From NCBI GenBank assembly GCA_002633005.1, contig NMRA01000512.1:190540-254539 (forward strand): a DNA stretch of 64,000 nucleotides, read 5' to 3'. Shown here in pieces: positions 1 to 14,704 of this stretch (its first letter is position 1; each line of letters opens with the position of its first letter). This stretch comes from Phoronis australis (lineage: Eukaryota; Animalia; Phoronida). The notes beneath the pieces are model-generated. The model did no database searches. It was not told where the DNA came from and worked only from the letters and a program-made list of their open reading frames with translations. A program made the translations under genes and the position numbers.

Positions 1-2040
1 TAATTATGTATGTGTATTCAAATCTTTGGTAAACACAGTGTGATGAATCCTACAGACAACAGGAAATGAGTTCCTGTTAGGAGTGAATATCTTTATGTTC
101 CATTTAATGTATACACAGTAATCAGAATAATTGTATGCACTATACGGTAACACAATGCTGCATGTCAGAATTGTCTAAAATATTAACATCAGTTAATCAA
201 AACAAGCCTGAATTTTATCTTAAAAATTACATGCAGGTTTCTTTTGACAAAACTCACAGATAAATATTTTGATTTTGAGGCGTCCAAATAGGCAAAAATG
301 CCAAAATTCACTGCAGTTCAATTTTAAGAACCAATCAAATATGGCTGTTTAATTATCCTAGTATTAAGCAGAAGTGTAGATTTTTTGTTTCAAAGCCCTG
401 TGTAACACGGTCCTTGAAAACCACTGTTTTGGGTGAAATCCTTCATTTCAGTTAATGAGCGCTGTGTGGGATTTTAATTACATGTATAAAATATGTTAAC
501 AGGGTGTTGTCTATCCTCAATTAGAATGATGTAATGGGCAGAGTTGCGTTGCAAACTCATGCAACACATTCAAACTTCACAGCACAAGCCATGGGCGCTT
601 AGTGCTCTTCATAAATGAAGCCACCAACTGTCAACATTCTGTAGTGTTGCAAATGAGGTTATACACCCTGGATGCTAGAATGTCCTTAACCAGAACACAG
701 GAGCCATGTTGTGAAAATGATCTCTGTAGATAAGAGAAAGAACTGATTAGACGTCTATATTTTGGATGTTATCATGACTCAGTTTAGCCAGATGTACCTT
801 CTGATCCAAAAACAACAGCGACAGTTGATTTTAAAAAGTCACTTGCGCTCTGCACTGTTCACAAAATAGTAGAAAATGACCGGCAACATTCCAATCCTAC
901 ACCGTCTATTCCAGACCATTTCCACAAATGGCTTCAGCTACAATAAATGACATCATCATCCCTCAATACCTGCGGTTGTTATATAAGAAGCAAAAACTTC
1001 CACACTCAAGAGAAAACAGACAAAAGTCTGAAGTACAATTATTACAGTTATACAAAATGTTACAATATTCCAAATTGACCTATGGGAAGCTCCACCCCAG
1101 TCTTGTCAAGAATGATGAGTTCTAAATGGTCAATCTGTCACTCAAAATCCTGGCGATAGATAAATTGTAGAGGAAATGGAGTTCAGAAATATCACTCCTA
1201 TAAGCCTAAGCATAAAATTTGACTATTACTTTCCAAACATGGTGTTTCAGCCATTTTCTTATTGGTTTTTGATAAAATTCGGCAATTGTTTCCAATAAAA
1301 TAATGTATTCTGCATTCTACGAGAGTTTACAAATAAATTTCATGCAAGTTGTTGGCTTTTATATAATATCGTTTATTAAAAAATGTTATGGAGTCTGAAC
1401 ATAGAACTGAAATCAGTAGTACACAAAAGACTTGGTACCTAAAAGCCAGTTCGTGGTCAATTTATTGTCAGTACATTACAGTATAAATTCTGCCTCTAAA
1501 AAGAGTTCATTTGTTCATTTTTTACTTCAACACTGCTCGACACTTAGCTTGACGCCAACTCACATTTGGCGACCTGGGATTTTCCCCAGGTCAGCAAAGG
1601 AAATCTGAGGTCGCTAAAACTGAAATCGAAATCGTCGACTAACAAAAAGGTCGTACCGTTGTCCGACAATCAACTCGTACCTCTTCAATTTGTCCCGGTA
1701 AAATATGTACCATTCAATCTCTAACTCAATTCCTCCTGCCAACAAAGATAGAACGCAGATAATTGCGTACACTGGAGGCACGTGTTTCACTCAACTTTTG
1801 CCAAAAAATTCCGACTTCCATCTCTTAATTTAAACACGTGTTTGATGTGCGCTGACTTCTGTGGTGGCAAATACACCGAGTTCCCAATAGCCATATATAA
1901 AACAAAGCTTATCTGGGTCTCTACGTTTATTAACATGTTTTTTCCACTTCTCCACAATTATTTGGTCAAAATGAAATTCGGAGTTGGCTGTTTCTTACTC
2001 ATTTCTTAAACGCAATTTTGTTACTCAAAATTCTTTGGAC

Positions 2041-2109
2041 ACCGAGTTTCGAACAATGGTTGCCAGAGGGAGAACTCACAGTCCTAACCACTAGACCACA
2101 AGACACTAC
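2041..2109 (-). pseudogene. tRNA-like sequence (SINE head or tRNA pseudogene)
   Basis: Minus strand shows A-box TGGTCTAGTGG and B-box GTTCGAAAC, but acceptor and anticodon stems pair poorly. Confidence 0.55.
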
Positions 2110-3366
2110 TAACAAATTAGCAATTTTAAAGATTAATATATAAAATTCCACGGTACACACAGAAGTCCCTTGTAATAATATGCACATGAAAAAGATTTTA
2201 TTCGTTAAGTATACAACTGTACATTTCAAAGCTTAAATAATTGGACAAATGCATCGTATGTATACCTCCTTGCCCAATGAAAAGTTGTAAGTTATAAAAG
2301 GCTTGTCGCCTGAGTCATGCACGAGCCATGCAAGTTTCGTTCCGCCGCGAATATTTTATATTTTACGCAAATATGTAATCAATCTTACTATTATTCCAGT
2401 ACATACCAGTACTATTTTTAAGTTCCACAAATTTGCCATATATACCATTGATTCCATTCTATACTATTATTAATTTTTTTCGCAAATTGCCGGTCTATAC
2501 TATTATTCTACTCTTCTAGTGGCAAAAATGTCGGGTCTATAATATTAGTCTAGTCTCTACTATTATTAGAAATCTCCTTATACAAGAACGACTGGTGCCC
2601 AACATCAAATTGAAAATAAAAAATTTCATAAAATTATGAAAAATTCATCTTTTTATAACAAGTTTCACAGATTCCAAATTGAAAAGACTGCTGGAGCATT
2701 AAGATTTCTGTAGAATTGTCACAAAAAAATGTGGATCAAATAAATTGTATTTAATCTTAGGTCGACTCTTCTAGTTCAGCAAATTTTGAAATTTTGCTTT
2801 TTTACTCTCACTACGCTAAAGAGGGCTATATCCACTCAGCTGCAACTCATATGCAGATTATTAAGTGAACTTGCTCAGCTGAGAACACAATAAGCATGAA
2901 AATTGTAACCAAAACATAGCAATCAACATTTTTGCTCTTCCCAAGAAGAGGGTAATTTCAAAACAAAAATAGTCAACCATCATTACGCTCACTTAACACA
3001 TTACTTCTGACATTCGTAATCACAAAAACATGAGATTGACGTCGGTAAAATCTGGTTGCGAGGCAACGGCTCTCATAAACAGAACACATCAGGTACACTT
3101 GTCAATGCGATTTCAGGTCCTCATAAGAATACCAGCTCTTGATTAACATACACATCTCAGTTAACACAATAAGTTGACATCATTCAGACAAACTTCTTAA
3201 GGTCCTGCTAAACCACAATCCTCAAACAAAAGGTGCTTAGATTGGGAAATTCAGTAATTACGGTGTGGACAGTAAGATGATTAAGGGCATCTAAAAACAA
3301 ACCAGACAGGGATGGGCATTTACCCAAATATATACATAAAAAATTATTGCACACGGTCTGGCACAT

Positions 3367-3561
3367 ATTGTACCAGACGTCAGCAGGCCACGCATGTGGG
3401 CCCATTGCACTAATCACCTCGAACCAGTTTTATGCTTTATTAATACATAGTTAAATCGAGCTGAAGAGCTAAGACCCGACTCAACGGTCTAACAATGTGC
3501 CCAAGAGATTCGAACCCGCAACCTCAAGAAAAGGAAGCGGACACTTATCACACTAGATGGC
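3367..3561 (-). mobile_element. tRNA-derived SINE-like repeat
   Basis: Minus-strand GGTTCGAATCTC B-box at ~3505-3517; homologous to 46995-47220. Confidence 0.7.
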
Positions 3562-5628
3562 GTTGCTTCCTCCGTTTACCCACCTGGTGTGTACGCGTAT
3601 TCAAACAGATTAATTATTTTTACACACAAGACAAGTACAATAATATTACGATGTTGTCTTAACTAAGAAATGGTAATTTCCGACCCAAATATTATAAAAA
3701 TGGTTAGTTTTCTCATCAAAATATGGTAAAAATGGTAATTTTCCCCTGACTAATAGTTAACGAGTTACAAAAACCTAATTGTAAGCAATTTTCAGAAAGT
3801 CTCGATTGTATAAATTGGGGGTGTTCTCTAAGCTGAGCACTGGCATTTGAAAGTGAAACTTTGGAAAATTTGAACAGGTGGTAAATTCAAACGTGGTGGT
3901 TAGAACAACTGAGTATCTTATATCATAAAATCCAAGTGATGAAAATCATCTTTTGCTCCCAAAGAATCAGAAATTCCACGGTGTTCAGGGAGAACTCCAG
4001 CTAAACCAAGCAATGAGTACTGAGAGAAACCTTCAAAAAAGAAAATCCTTCAGCTCCCAGACAAGGCAAAATCAAAATGCGGAATCTTACTAATGGCTCA
4101 CAGCAACAAAACATAATTAACACAAATGTTGATTGTGACATTACTTAAGCGATAAAACTGAAACTCACAATAACTGACTTTCCAAATAGCCCAACCATAT
4201 TGAAATTCACTAACCCACCAGACAGCAATCAGGTCAGCAGTGGACAGGCGGTCAGCGCCATCTACAAATCCCATGTAATGCGGACAGGAGACTTCTGGCA
4301 ACTCACTGATACAAAGAGTGTTTTAACAAATATCCTGTTATTATAATGGGGCAAGTGTACACTGTGGTGGAAATCAATGCCTTGCTAACATGGCAAACCT
4401 TCTCAAATACATGTATCAATGGATGAACAAGGACGTCATGTTCCATAGATTTCTACTGCGAAGTCAGTGGCTGCGACTGATAAAACGTAGAACTTTGATC
4501 CAAGCCGGTGTCAAAAAGCTAAAATAAACTAGTGAACGTTTAAATTTAAAAACTAATCAAACAACGGGAGGGTCTGACAGCGGAATTCATTGCTCTGCTT
4601 TTAAATTAATGAACCACTACGTAGTAATTGAATCTCTGTCGGGATCAATCGTAAGTCACTTCTATACTCTCATTACACTAGAGAGCGCCAATTTGAAAAG
4701 TCGCCTATTTCCTCTGCATTACTGACGGGATTAACAGGCGTGAAAGCATTCAATTTCCAGCTGGCTAACAAGGTAACAGGTTACTTCACTGTGAGTGAAT
4801 ATAAATTGTTTTGGGAATTGACTGTACACATAGATATAGATGTTTACTTGTAACACAATTCCACACAGACTATAACTAATATCACCAACACTAGGATTGT
4901 GATGACTCAGCATCATGCAACGGAATGGCCACAAGGAATTGTCTACAATTAGACTATCAATGGTTTGCTAGCTTCTGGTATCGAATGTAGTTTACCGTCG
5001 ACGGCCACTGTGTGTTCAACTGCTAACAAAATTTACCCAGTTGTTATTATAAAAAAAGTCCCTGCGTAAGGTAGAAAGCAACTATTATGTTTACCTTCTG
5101 CCTGAGATAGACACATTTGGCGTAGTCTTGAATACTCAATATGAAACAGAAACAAACATTTATTGTTGTTAAATATAATCATTAGCTTGGGTTTTGTCAA
5201 TAGAATCGAAGAGCTTGGTATTGAACATTGAATAGAAAGCTCGTGAGGTACAGCTCCATACAACAGCAAGCTTGGGGATTAGTTATACGGATATTCATTC
5301 ATCAGCAAGCACTTCATTTGATTTTCAAAGGATAACTAACAATAATCCAAATGACATCCCACTTATCAATTCACTACCAGCATAACCTCTCCTCTGGACA
5401 ATCTGGAAATCTTGGTTTGTGATCATGAAACTGAACTAGAGACCGTATTCAAAAATTGGCCAAATACATGGCATCCTTTGAGTCATTGGTCAATTTTTAA
5501 TTGAATATCGAGTTAAGTTAGGCAGTCACTGCTGCTACTCAGCATCAGTCATTCTGAGCACATATCATGATTGGTATCAAAACCCAAAGTTGTTATTTGT
5601 ACTGATATCCATTATGATATCAACTCAC

Positions 5629-5800
5629 CGTCCCCCTTCAACACTGCCCCTGGACACTGAGGACATCTGGTGCTCAACATCAAGCGGTCTAAGTACACGT
5701 CCGTACACATATCACAGTCACATTGGAAGTAGTATTGCTCTCGTAGTGACCTCTGGCGTTCTTCAGCCAAACCGAGCTGGTCAATATAGCTTATATACAC
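5629..5800 (-). CDS. SMYD3: SMYD3-like exon 8 (catalytic Tyr, post-SET)
   Basis: ttcccag|VYISYIDQLGLAEERQRSLREQYYFQCDCDMCTDVYLDRLMLSTRCPQCPGAVLKGD|gtgagt; 172 nt. Confidence 0.92.
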
Positions 5801-8106
5801 CTGGGAAGAAAAGACAGACGAATGCTTAAGTAACGCTTAAGTGAAGAGAAAACAAAAATAAGAAGTCCTGATGCATTATACTAAAACACGTTTCGGTGTT
5901 AAAACATCGTTTCTCTTCCGAGGGTCTGGTATTGCAAAGCAGTCATTATATTTTGTATAAATAGCCATTTTCCAATATGATGACATAATGAAATATCACT
6001 ATATAAGACTTAGCAGAACTAGTTGACAGCGTTGGATTGGGATTCAGTGCAGTGCGATGCCTTTGTGTCTTTTATTAAAAGAAGAATCAGTGTTCCAAAC
6101 TAAAAACTGTATCAAAAATCTGAAGGCTTGAAAATGCTACGCAATTGAAATCAATCGCAGTTGTCTCAAGAAGCCATATTCAGTGCATAAATAATGCCTT
6201 CAAAGAAATGCAATGGAAAAAAGAAATACAATTTTACACAATGTGTGAATATTGTATTTTTTAAAAATTCACCTAAGTTGACAAACCCTTTAACTCTTTC
6301 ATTGCCATTGCGGTCCTTTTGGTGAATTACCAAATGTGTTCATCCAAAAGTTGTGTGTTTTACCAATGTTGAGATAAATACAAATTAACAATATTGGCAG
6401 CTGACAAGAAGACAGTTTCACTAAATCTCAAACGAAAGAATGGTTTTTCTTATATGTTTTCGTATTTTTGATGAAACTGATTGCAATGGCCTCCAAACTG
6501 TCTATCGCCGAGGTTTAATCGAATTAAATTCAAAATGATTCTGAATCAGGATCCGTCTTTGAAATGTCAGACGTGAGACAAGGTATATAGCAGAGGCATC
6601 AGGGTACAGTATAAATTTCAACCAAAACCCTTTATTAACCACTGTCAGAGTACTTTCACATAAAGTCTTGAATACTCCACTAGGTGCATATCTGCCTCAA
6701 CACACGTCACATCTTAGAATACCATAAAACAATGCCTTGCAATATGTGCAGTTGAACTTAAAGTTTGAGATCTCATAATGTTCCACCAACAAACAATGAT
6801 TTTGCCTCCTAATTTATAGGTATCTTCAAAATCTACTTGGCACTGGAAAATACAGGTCTAAACAAATATGGCAGTGACAGAGTAATAAGTGGCCTGTGTC
6901 TTTGGTCAGGAAGTCATTGACTTCAACACGTTGATAGCTGTCTGTAACAACCCAATGTTAGTTTTCAACAGGTGACACGGTTACGCAACAACAGGAAAAA
7001 GACCTTGTCAGTGTCTGGATTATGTGATAGGGAAGTAAATGTTGACTACGTCAACTGATCTCATTTCATGCAAACTGCGTGGATTGTGCGGGTCAATGAT
7101 TGGCTGATTAACTTGATTTCCCCAGTGTAGACAGCCCCTGATGGAAAAAATATTCCACATGAAAAGACACAGCTGAGCCTATGTTTTATCCCTCCAATTA
7201 CACTGTAACAACTGCCTTCAGTATTTTAAATAAGAGCCAGACGGCAAGCATTCCATGTAAATGTCAGTTTTCACTAGCGCACCATGAGGATCATTCATAT
7301 TTCATCATGTGACTCTAAATATTCACCGTACGTGCAAAAGACTAAATTCTCTTCAAAACATTAAAATATCGATTCATAGCTAAGAGTTACTTGATGTCCA
7401 GCTATTTTTGTGAAACCAAGAACAAAATATCATCATTAACTTTTTCCAAAACAGGAGAAGCACAGCATAGTGCCGCAGATTTCACTTTAAAAGTTTTCCA
7501 GACAGTTAGGAACAGTGAAAACACAATTATTTCTTCGGAGTCTATGACTGTACCAAAATTAAAAATAGCAATATAGGTCACCACAAATTCAAGCACTATA
7601 ATCAGTGACAAATGATCATTGACTTCAATGTTACGCACTATGGGGAAGCTAAAAACATGGCACCAGCAGCTATTAAAGGTCAATTTTACGAATTGCCAAT
7701 AAATCTTTTTTCCGACAACGTGGATACAAAATGCAATGTCACATAGAAAAGGAATATGATTCATGCCCAGCTTGTCCATGCCCCAATCGTGAGATTGTAG
7801 AAAATTCAATTTTTGATTGACTTTCGATGTCCCAAAATTCACTAGAGATAGTTTCAAAATGGAAAACTTTCACTGAAGATATGGTTTTATATTACCTAGA
7901 CAGAAAATTTAGCTGCCAAAAATGAGCTGTTACTTAATTTTTGAGAAACGTATTAATAGCAGTGTGAAAGATGCTGTCTCATTAAAACCGTGAATATTCA
8001 GTTTTGTAGTAAGTGCTACCTAGTGAATTCCTGAAGAAGTGTGTGTACAATAAAATTCATCAAGTGTTCAGCATGTGCATGACAACATAATTTGTATATT
8101 TTTCAT

Positions 8107-8260
8107 AACACTAAACAAACCTGTTCATCATGAAGGTCTCTTAACGCTCGTATTTCACAACACTAAACAAACCTGTTCATTGTGAGGGTCTCTTAACGCT
8201 CGTATTTCACAACACTAAACAAACCTGTTCATCATGAAGGTCTCTTAACGCTCGTATTTC
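8107..8260. repeat. 3 x 52-bp tandem repeat spanning the SMYD3 exon 7 donor
   Basis: aacactaaacaaacctgttcatcatgaaggtctcttaacgctcgtatttc repeated; donor CAG copies at 8121, 8173 and 8225. Confidence 0.95.
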
Positions 8261-8324
8261 AAGCCGGAGTCCATTGAATGTGACGACAGCGTTGAAATTA
8301 CAGCGATGGTCGAAGTATGACGGG
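8225..8324 (-). CDS. SMYD3: SMYD3-like exon 7 (NHSC-motif region)
   Basis: ttacag|PSYFDHRCNFNAVVTFNGLRLEIRALRDLHDEQ|gtttgt; 100 nt. Confidence 0.9.
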
Positions 8325-10758
8325 CTGTAACAAGCAGAATACAGTATTTAAATTTTCACTAATTAAACACACAGTATGCTAGACAAGAAAAATTCTATTT
8401 TGTAGAATTTCTCCACAAAACTGAAGATTAATAACATTTTAGTCTACAACAACCATGGATAGTTTGTAGATGTCGTAGAATATTTGCCGAAATTCCTTTT
8501 ATTTGCAAGAAGGTAATTAGCTTTTGAAAACTGAAACAGCATTCATTTTAGGAATTTTTTGTACGAAACAAGTAGAGAACCACTGTGCACAGTGAAACCG
8601 CTCGAAAACTGCTGAATTTGCCACTTTTTATTTTCCAAAGCTTACAGGATAGCATTTAACTTATGTAAGTCTTTATCAACAGGTCTGTGTATTATCTATG
8701 TGTGAAACTGAAACTTGTGACCATGAAATACGCTGATTTGCTACCCAATCAAGGCACAAGATGTCCTCTGCTTTTCACGCCAGCTACACTCACAGTCATG
8801 TAGTTGATGTCAGCCCTCAACATCATCTAGTGAAGCAAACAATACGAGGAAACAAACTAATTAATCCGCTCTGTCAGCAGACAGATAGCCTCTTTTATTT
8901 GTGTTTTTCAACTGAAAGGCGGATTAAATGCGCATATCAGCAGCGATTCGATTTAATTACAACGTGGTTCTTCTTTTCATTTTCCGAAATCCCGGGTTTC
9001 TTTGTTGCTAAAAATTGAAAAGAAAATTCCAAATGCTGTTTTATATCATCTACTATGCAATCAATAGACAAAAGTTCCTTAAACTTTATTTTTCTTGAGA
9101 AATTCAACAAAACAATGTTTCACTTGTCCTCCACATTCTGTATAAAGTTACACCCTCGGTTAACTTTCCAAGAATGTTGTTATCAAATTACATGTCGAGT
9201 ATTTAAATGGCATAACTCCTGTCTACTTCAAACTGTGTTAAATGGGCGTAAAATTACTAGGGAATAAAAGTCAACTTTCAAGAATGCCATAAAATTACAC
9301 GTTAAAGGTATCTAGGACCTCAACTCTAAGTCAATCATCGAAAAATATGTTCGTCAACCATTAAAAGTACATATTTTCTCAAAGGAGAAAGATTCTAAAA
9401 ATACGCTTCTTATTACTGTAGCTACGTTATGGTCATGTGACCAAGTTCTTTAAGTCAAATCTTCAAGTACATACATATTACATTAACACTAACATAGAAG
9501 GGTCAAGTCATTCCACAAATAAATAGGCTTGTGTGGTGGAAATCTTTTCAGTGCTTTAAAGTTTAACTGATAAAAACTTTTTGGGTGAGTATAAAGTCAA
9601 GATGATGATAAAAAAGTGACGGAAAAAGAGGAAAGTGGAAATCAAATCAGAGAAAATCAAAACCAAAAAAGAGCAAATCTCCTCAAAAGGGGAAAATTCC
9701 AAGCCCTGATGCCCACTTGTCTTACTAAGTTCACACATGGAATTCGACAGACAATCAACTGTCTTGGGTGTTGAAACAGTCAGTGTGACAAGCAACTCAA
9801 TATGTAGGATCCTTGAAAAATTACAATTTTGGCCAACATTTGTTTAAAAAGGATACGGCAAAATAATGAAACTTCAGGTAGTATGCTGCATGCACTGGTC
9901 TCCGATATTCTATTTGGAATTATTTTAAACAGTTCCACTGTTGTATGAGGGGCTATATCAAAAACTAGGACTTTCATGATTTAAGTTGCATAAGGGTCTA
10001 TATCAAAAACTAGGACTTTTATGATTTATGTTGCATAAAACACAAAAGGAATAATTTAAAAATCCGTAACATCGTTTTTGAGATTCCATCAAATGAAATT
10101 TGAGAACTGATACTATCAAATGTACCTTTTTCTTTCTAAGCTTCATCAAAAAGATATCGTCATATGACCCAATTATTGAGTGGCTGCTAAAACGCTGAAA
10201 ATGAAACTTTGCAAGGCACTTTGTTCTTTCAGAAAATAATGTGATTCAATAAGATTAGAACAGATACGGTACACAGTACACAGTATACACCAAAAATAAT
10301 CAGGAAAATTTAATTGGAATTTCAACCTGATGATAGAAAACAACATGTGAATTCAACATCAGGGAATCTAGACTGACCAAACACGGAGAGTCACGACGGA
10401 TTTTAACCACCATGACAAGGAAATAGTGCTTTGCCAGTAACTTTTGGCACACACTGTACTTAGTAATTAAGAGAGCGCACCTGAGACTGACAAAACCGTT
10501 AATAGACAATGAGTTCATGTCATCAACACATTTGCCATTCTCCATCGGTCATGTAATAAGACCACGAAACAGACAAAGCAAAAATTAATAGCTTGTTTCC
10601 TTCGCCCGAACGACAGCAAAATAAAGCATGCTGTTCACAATGCAGGAGGATTAACACGTAATCTGGCAAAAGAATGTTTTTTAGTTAAAATTATAAAATA
10701 TTTTGCAAGAAAAATGGAACCTTGACCATGGGAACTGAAAAATGCAAAATATTTTAGC

Positions 10759-10917
10759 AACCTCCCCACTCAATTCACAAGCCACCCACTCAATTCACAA
10801 CCCACCCACCCATTTCACAACCCACCCACCCAATTCACAATCAACCCACCCAATTCCCAACCCACCCACCCAATTCACAACCCACCCACCCAATTCACAG
10901 CCTACCCTCCCACCCAA
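10759..10917. repeat. 20-bp minisatellite (~8 copies)
   Basis: caattcacaacccacccacc units. Confidence 0.92.
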
Positions 10918-11343
10918 TACAAAACAGGGTAACATAAGGAAAACAAAAATATTGTGAGGACAACTTAAGAATGACAGTGTATAATTCAAGTAATAGAGAC
11001 ACTGACCAAGATTGTGTTTTCTACAATTTTACATGTATAACATTCATTACTAACATTAGTAACAACACGATAAAGGATTTTTTGCATTTGAACTTTTGCT
11101 AGTTTTCCATAACTACTAAACTAATTAAATTCGTAGCTTTGATAACAATAACAGCGCTGCTTTCAATACAGAGAGTCTTGTTGAGTTAGTTGCTCAAATT
11201 GACAATACTAATACTCCAATCATGCTATCAGCAGTAGTTTCCCATATCTTGACCTTTAAAAACCTACTCAAGGTCAAGATACAGCAAATAACAGTGTCAC
11301 CAAGTAATACTCTAGCTGGATGCTCTACAACTAGGTTGCTCAC

Positions 11344-11411
11344 CTCAGATACACGCCGCCACCTATTGGTTGCATTTCCGCATCACATATAGTAAAACTG
11401 TTGACAGTGAC
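11344..11411 (-). CDS. SMYD3: SMYD3-like exon 6 (SET core)
   Basis: tttttag|VTVNSFTICDAEMQPIGGGVYL(S)|gtgagc; closely resembles the NSFTICNAEMQEVGVGLY segment of SMYD3. Confidence 0.92.
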
Positions 11412-13017
11412 CTAAAAATACACAACAAGACATGAAGATTTCTTCGTAGTGTCACATAATCTGTCATCGCAACAACTTTGACGTGACTTTCAGAACTAAA
11501 GACCATTCATTCAGGGATTTCCTCCACAACAAATCTTCCCCCACAACAAATCTTCCTCAATAAGAAGTGTTTGTGTTTTGTCCTGGCTTGTAAACATCCG
11601 GTGACATCACCAATATACCCGTGATATGGAAGGTGGCTTACAATACTGTAAACTTGAGCATTATGGTGGCACGCCTTGAGAACTTTTTGCCATGTTTTGC
11701 TAATCTGTGCATTAATTTGATCCATATAGATTCCCACTTTCAATTGATGTATGATGGTCACTTAGACTTAGAGACACCAAACACAAGCGCAGGGGATCAC
11801 ATTTTCAATTCTGGTCCACGCAAGTGACAAGTCGAGGGTAGTTTTCCGCTTTATTGTTTACAAATCTCACCAAGCTATCTGTGATGCGCCTAAGTGTTTA
11901 CGAGACAAAAACCTTCCCACAATACTTTAGTGCCACTTACTTGAAGATTTACGAAATCTCCCCAAAATACGTGTGAAATCTAAACTAGGAAGAAAAACGA
12001 AGTTCAGTCAATGGCTTGTCATTTAGTGTTCAATCAAGTAACTATGCCATGGCCATCAGTGCCTCAATATTGGGGCAGAATATCGGCCTCATTTCTTCAC
12101 GAAAAAAACGTTTATAAATCACACAAAATCCTCCTCTTCATGTTCAACATTCACTTCAATTGATAAAAAATTCCCCTCAAGGTTACAATCACTGCAATTC
12201 ATCGCCATTAGGTTTTATTGACGGAAGAAAAGACAACGCCTCCAATATGTTAACACTCGGGCTTCCCGGTGAACAGGATCTGGTTTAATTTATTGAAAAT
12301 GTAGATGTCATCATTTCTTGACACTGGGATGAAAATTTTGCATTGCTGGGTTAAAAAAAGGTTCCCCACTTTCACGGAAAAGAGAGACCAAAACTAATAC
12401 ACTTCCTCTCAGAATCTGTTTTCAGCGTGTGTGCAAGTTTCGACTAGTTCAGCAATCAAATAAGAGCTATTTCATGGCTTGTAAAGATCTGGCAGTTCAT
12501 TACTGCTTGAGTGCTTGAGAGTGGTTAAAGTAAGTTGGCTTGTCGTGTAGGGTCATTTCATACAACGACCACGGTCTTATGCAATAATAAAATTATTAGC
12601 TGCTCCCAAGCTCAGAAAGCAATTACTTTTCTATTAAGTGAGAGGAACAAGTTGAGAATATATTCATTACAACCATACTCATTAAGAACTGATCATCATT
12701 CTGAATGGCAGGCTAACACAACAACTCGTGGTTGATAATGACAGTCGCATTAGGTTCTCTCATTTACATGCCATAAGATAACTCTCACAACATGAACTAA
12801 GCTGTTAATTGACAAATAGTCACAAAAGGATGGTGGATATAAGAATTAATTAACGAATGACAAGTTGCTTTGAATGAACGTCGTCATTATGAGAAAATGA
12901 TAGCTTTATCCAAAATGATGCCCACCGACATGTCAAAGAAAAATGACAAGTTTGTGTTTTTACACGTACAGAATGCTGACAAGTGAATCACTATCTATGG
13001 CAAGCAAAAGATGATTG

Positions 13018-13245
13018 CAATATCTGAGACAGACTGAAGATGGCAGCACTGTACTGTGTGTCAAATGCAGAAGATGCCACTAAGCAGACATAGGCCAGCC
13101 ATTATTACTTAATGTAGTTACAATATCTCAAGACAATTGCACTATCTGAGACAGACTAAAGATGGCAGCACTGTATTGTGTCTGCAAAATGCAGATGCCA
13201 GTAAGCAGACATGAGCCACTTGGTAGTTACAACATCTCAAGAGCG
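13018..13245. repeat. Diverged ~120-bp tandem duplication
   Basis: tatctgagacagact.aagatggcagcactgta at 13021 and 13143. Confidence 0.8.
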
Positions 13246-14005
13246 TTGACACAACCGAAAGTGGATGGACTGATTGTACAAGTGCCTGACGACTAGCCAG
13301 GACTTGACAGTATGCAGAATTTGTGTACTTCATGCTCAGTAAAATCTCACTCAATTTAGGACTAAACAATTCCCACAGCAAGGGTGTTGTTGTAGAAATT
13401 TAATGGTGGCTTTGATAAGGAGATTGAACATGGCAATGCATCTATTTTGCATAACGTAGCTTTTGGGAAAAAAGAGAAAATAAGAATTTTAATTGACCAC
13501 ATTTTGTTCTACACTGGTCAATTTTTATTGTACGTTTTTATATACTTTAAAGCATGACCATGTGCAGGTCCTCCACGTTGGGGATTTGGCAAGGGGTCAA
13601 CTGCCACCTGGTGTAAAAACCGCAAGTTACAGAAACACGAAAAGTGATGATGTGCATGAGCAAAGGCTAAAATATCACCTTCAAACGACCTTGATATGGT
13701 AAAATACACTGAGAACAGCATCCATGAACTCTAATTAGACATGACAGTACAACCAAGGAAAATCAGAATTCTTTACTCGTCTCATTTCTAAGTTCAATTA
13801 TTTTTGCTTTGAAAAATGTAAAATCAAATAAATCAAGACTTGCCAATAAAAAGGCCTGTCCCAGCATAATTACAAAAGGATGAACCACTCTCTGTACCAA
13901 CGTAATAGTTGCACTACTCGCGCTTCAGGCATGTACGTGCACACGCAACCTCACTTCGACTTTCAGCGATCGCCACTGTCTTCGTGAGGCATTCGTGACA
14001 CTCAC

Positions 14006-14136
14006 CTTGCCAAATATGTTGAGCAATTGAGCGGGTGGTGGCAGGTCAAATAGGTTACCCACAAACACCTTTAGAGTGTAGTAGAGATGGGCAAATTGCT
14101 CTGATCTTCTTGGGTCTGTCTTAATTTCTTCAGCAT
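14006..14136 (-). CDS. SMYD3: SMYD3-like exon 5 (I-SET)
   Basis: tgtag|AEEIKTDPRRSEQFAHLYYTLKVFVGNLFDLPPPAQLLNIFGK|gtgagt; 131 nt. Confidence 0.85.
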
Positions 14137-14637
14137 CTACAGTTGGAACAAAATAGAGACGTTGACCTTAAATATGACCTTAGAGACGTTGACCTTAAAT
14201 ATGACCTTAGAAAAATTCCAAATATGGCAAGCTTCAGAACATCGCATCTCAGAAACGGTTGATAAGATTCAATTGAGACGTTCACGTACTATCATGGCTT
14301 TGCTGTTAGGGCAGCATGTATTCCGTTATGCAAAAATTGGTTAAATACACGACACTTGTCGTTATTAACTATCTTTATTCAATTCCATTTGTATCCTCGG
14401 AAAAAAGTTCGACATTCAAAAGAACATTGGTAAGGTAACTGACCAAGAGACATGATTAAAAGACGCATGATATTTCAAAACATACTTGTTTCATTCTCAA
14501 GTGGAAATAAAATGACGTAGTAATATCACCGGAGAGCAAAAGCTAGTAACATACACAGTGGGACACGGTAGGTGTGAAATACCACAGAGAATGCTACACG
14601 TTGATAACTTCAAGCGCTAAGACTGTCTTCTACTTAC

Positions 14638-14704
14638 GTGACATGAGGTTGTCAAAGGTACGAAGACCAGGGTCATACTGAAACAATTTGTTTGCACAGC
14701 CACG
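14638..14704 (-). CDS. SMYD3: SMYD3-like exon 4
   Basis: tttcag|RGCANKLFQYDPGLRTFDNLMS(H)|gtaagt; 67 nt; phase consistent. Confidence 0.85.

Noticed and set aside
2041-2109. Functional tRNA gene
   Set aside because: A and B boxes are present but the cloverleaf stems do not pair; treated as a SINE head or pseudogene.
1-5628. Further SMYD3 3' exons (TPR-like C-terminal domain)
   Set aside because: No phase-1 exon with convincing splice sites and similarity found by eye; may lie outside the window or have been missed.
7402-7857. 151-aa minus-strand ORF
   Set aside because: Non-ATG start, no recognisable motif, intronic AT-rich sequence.
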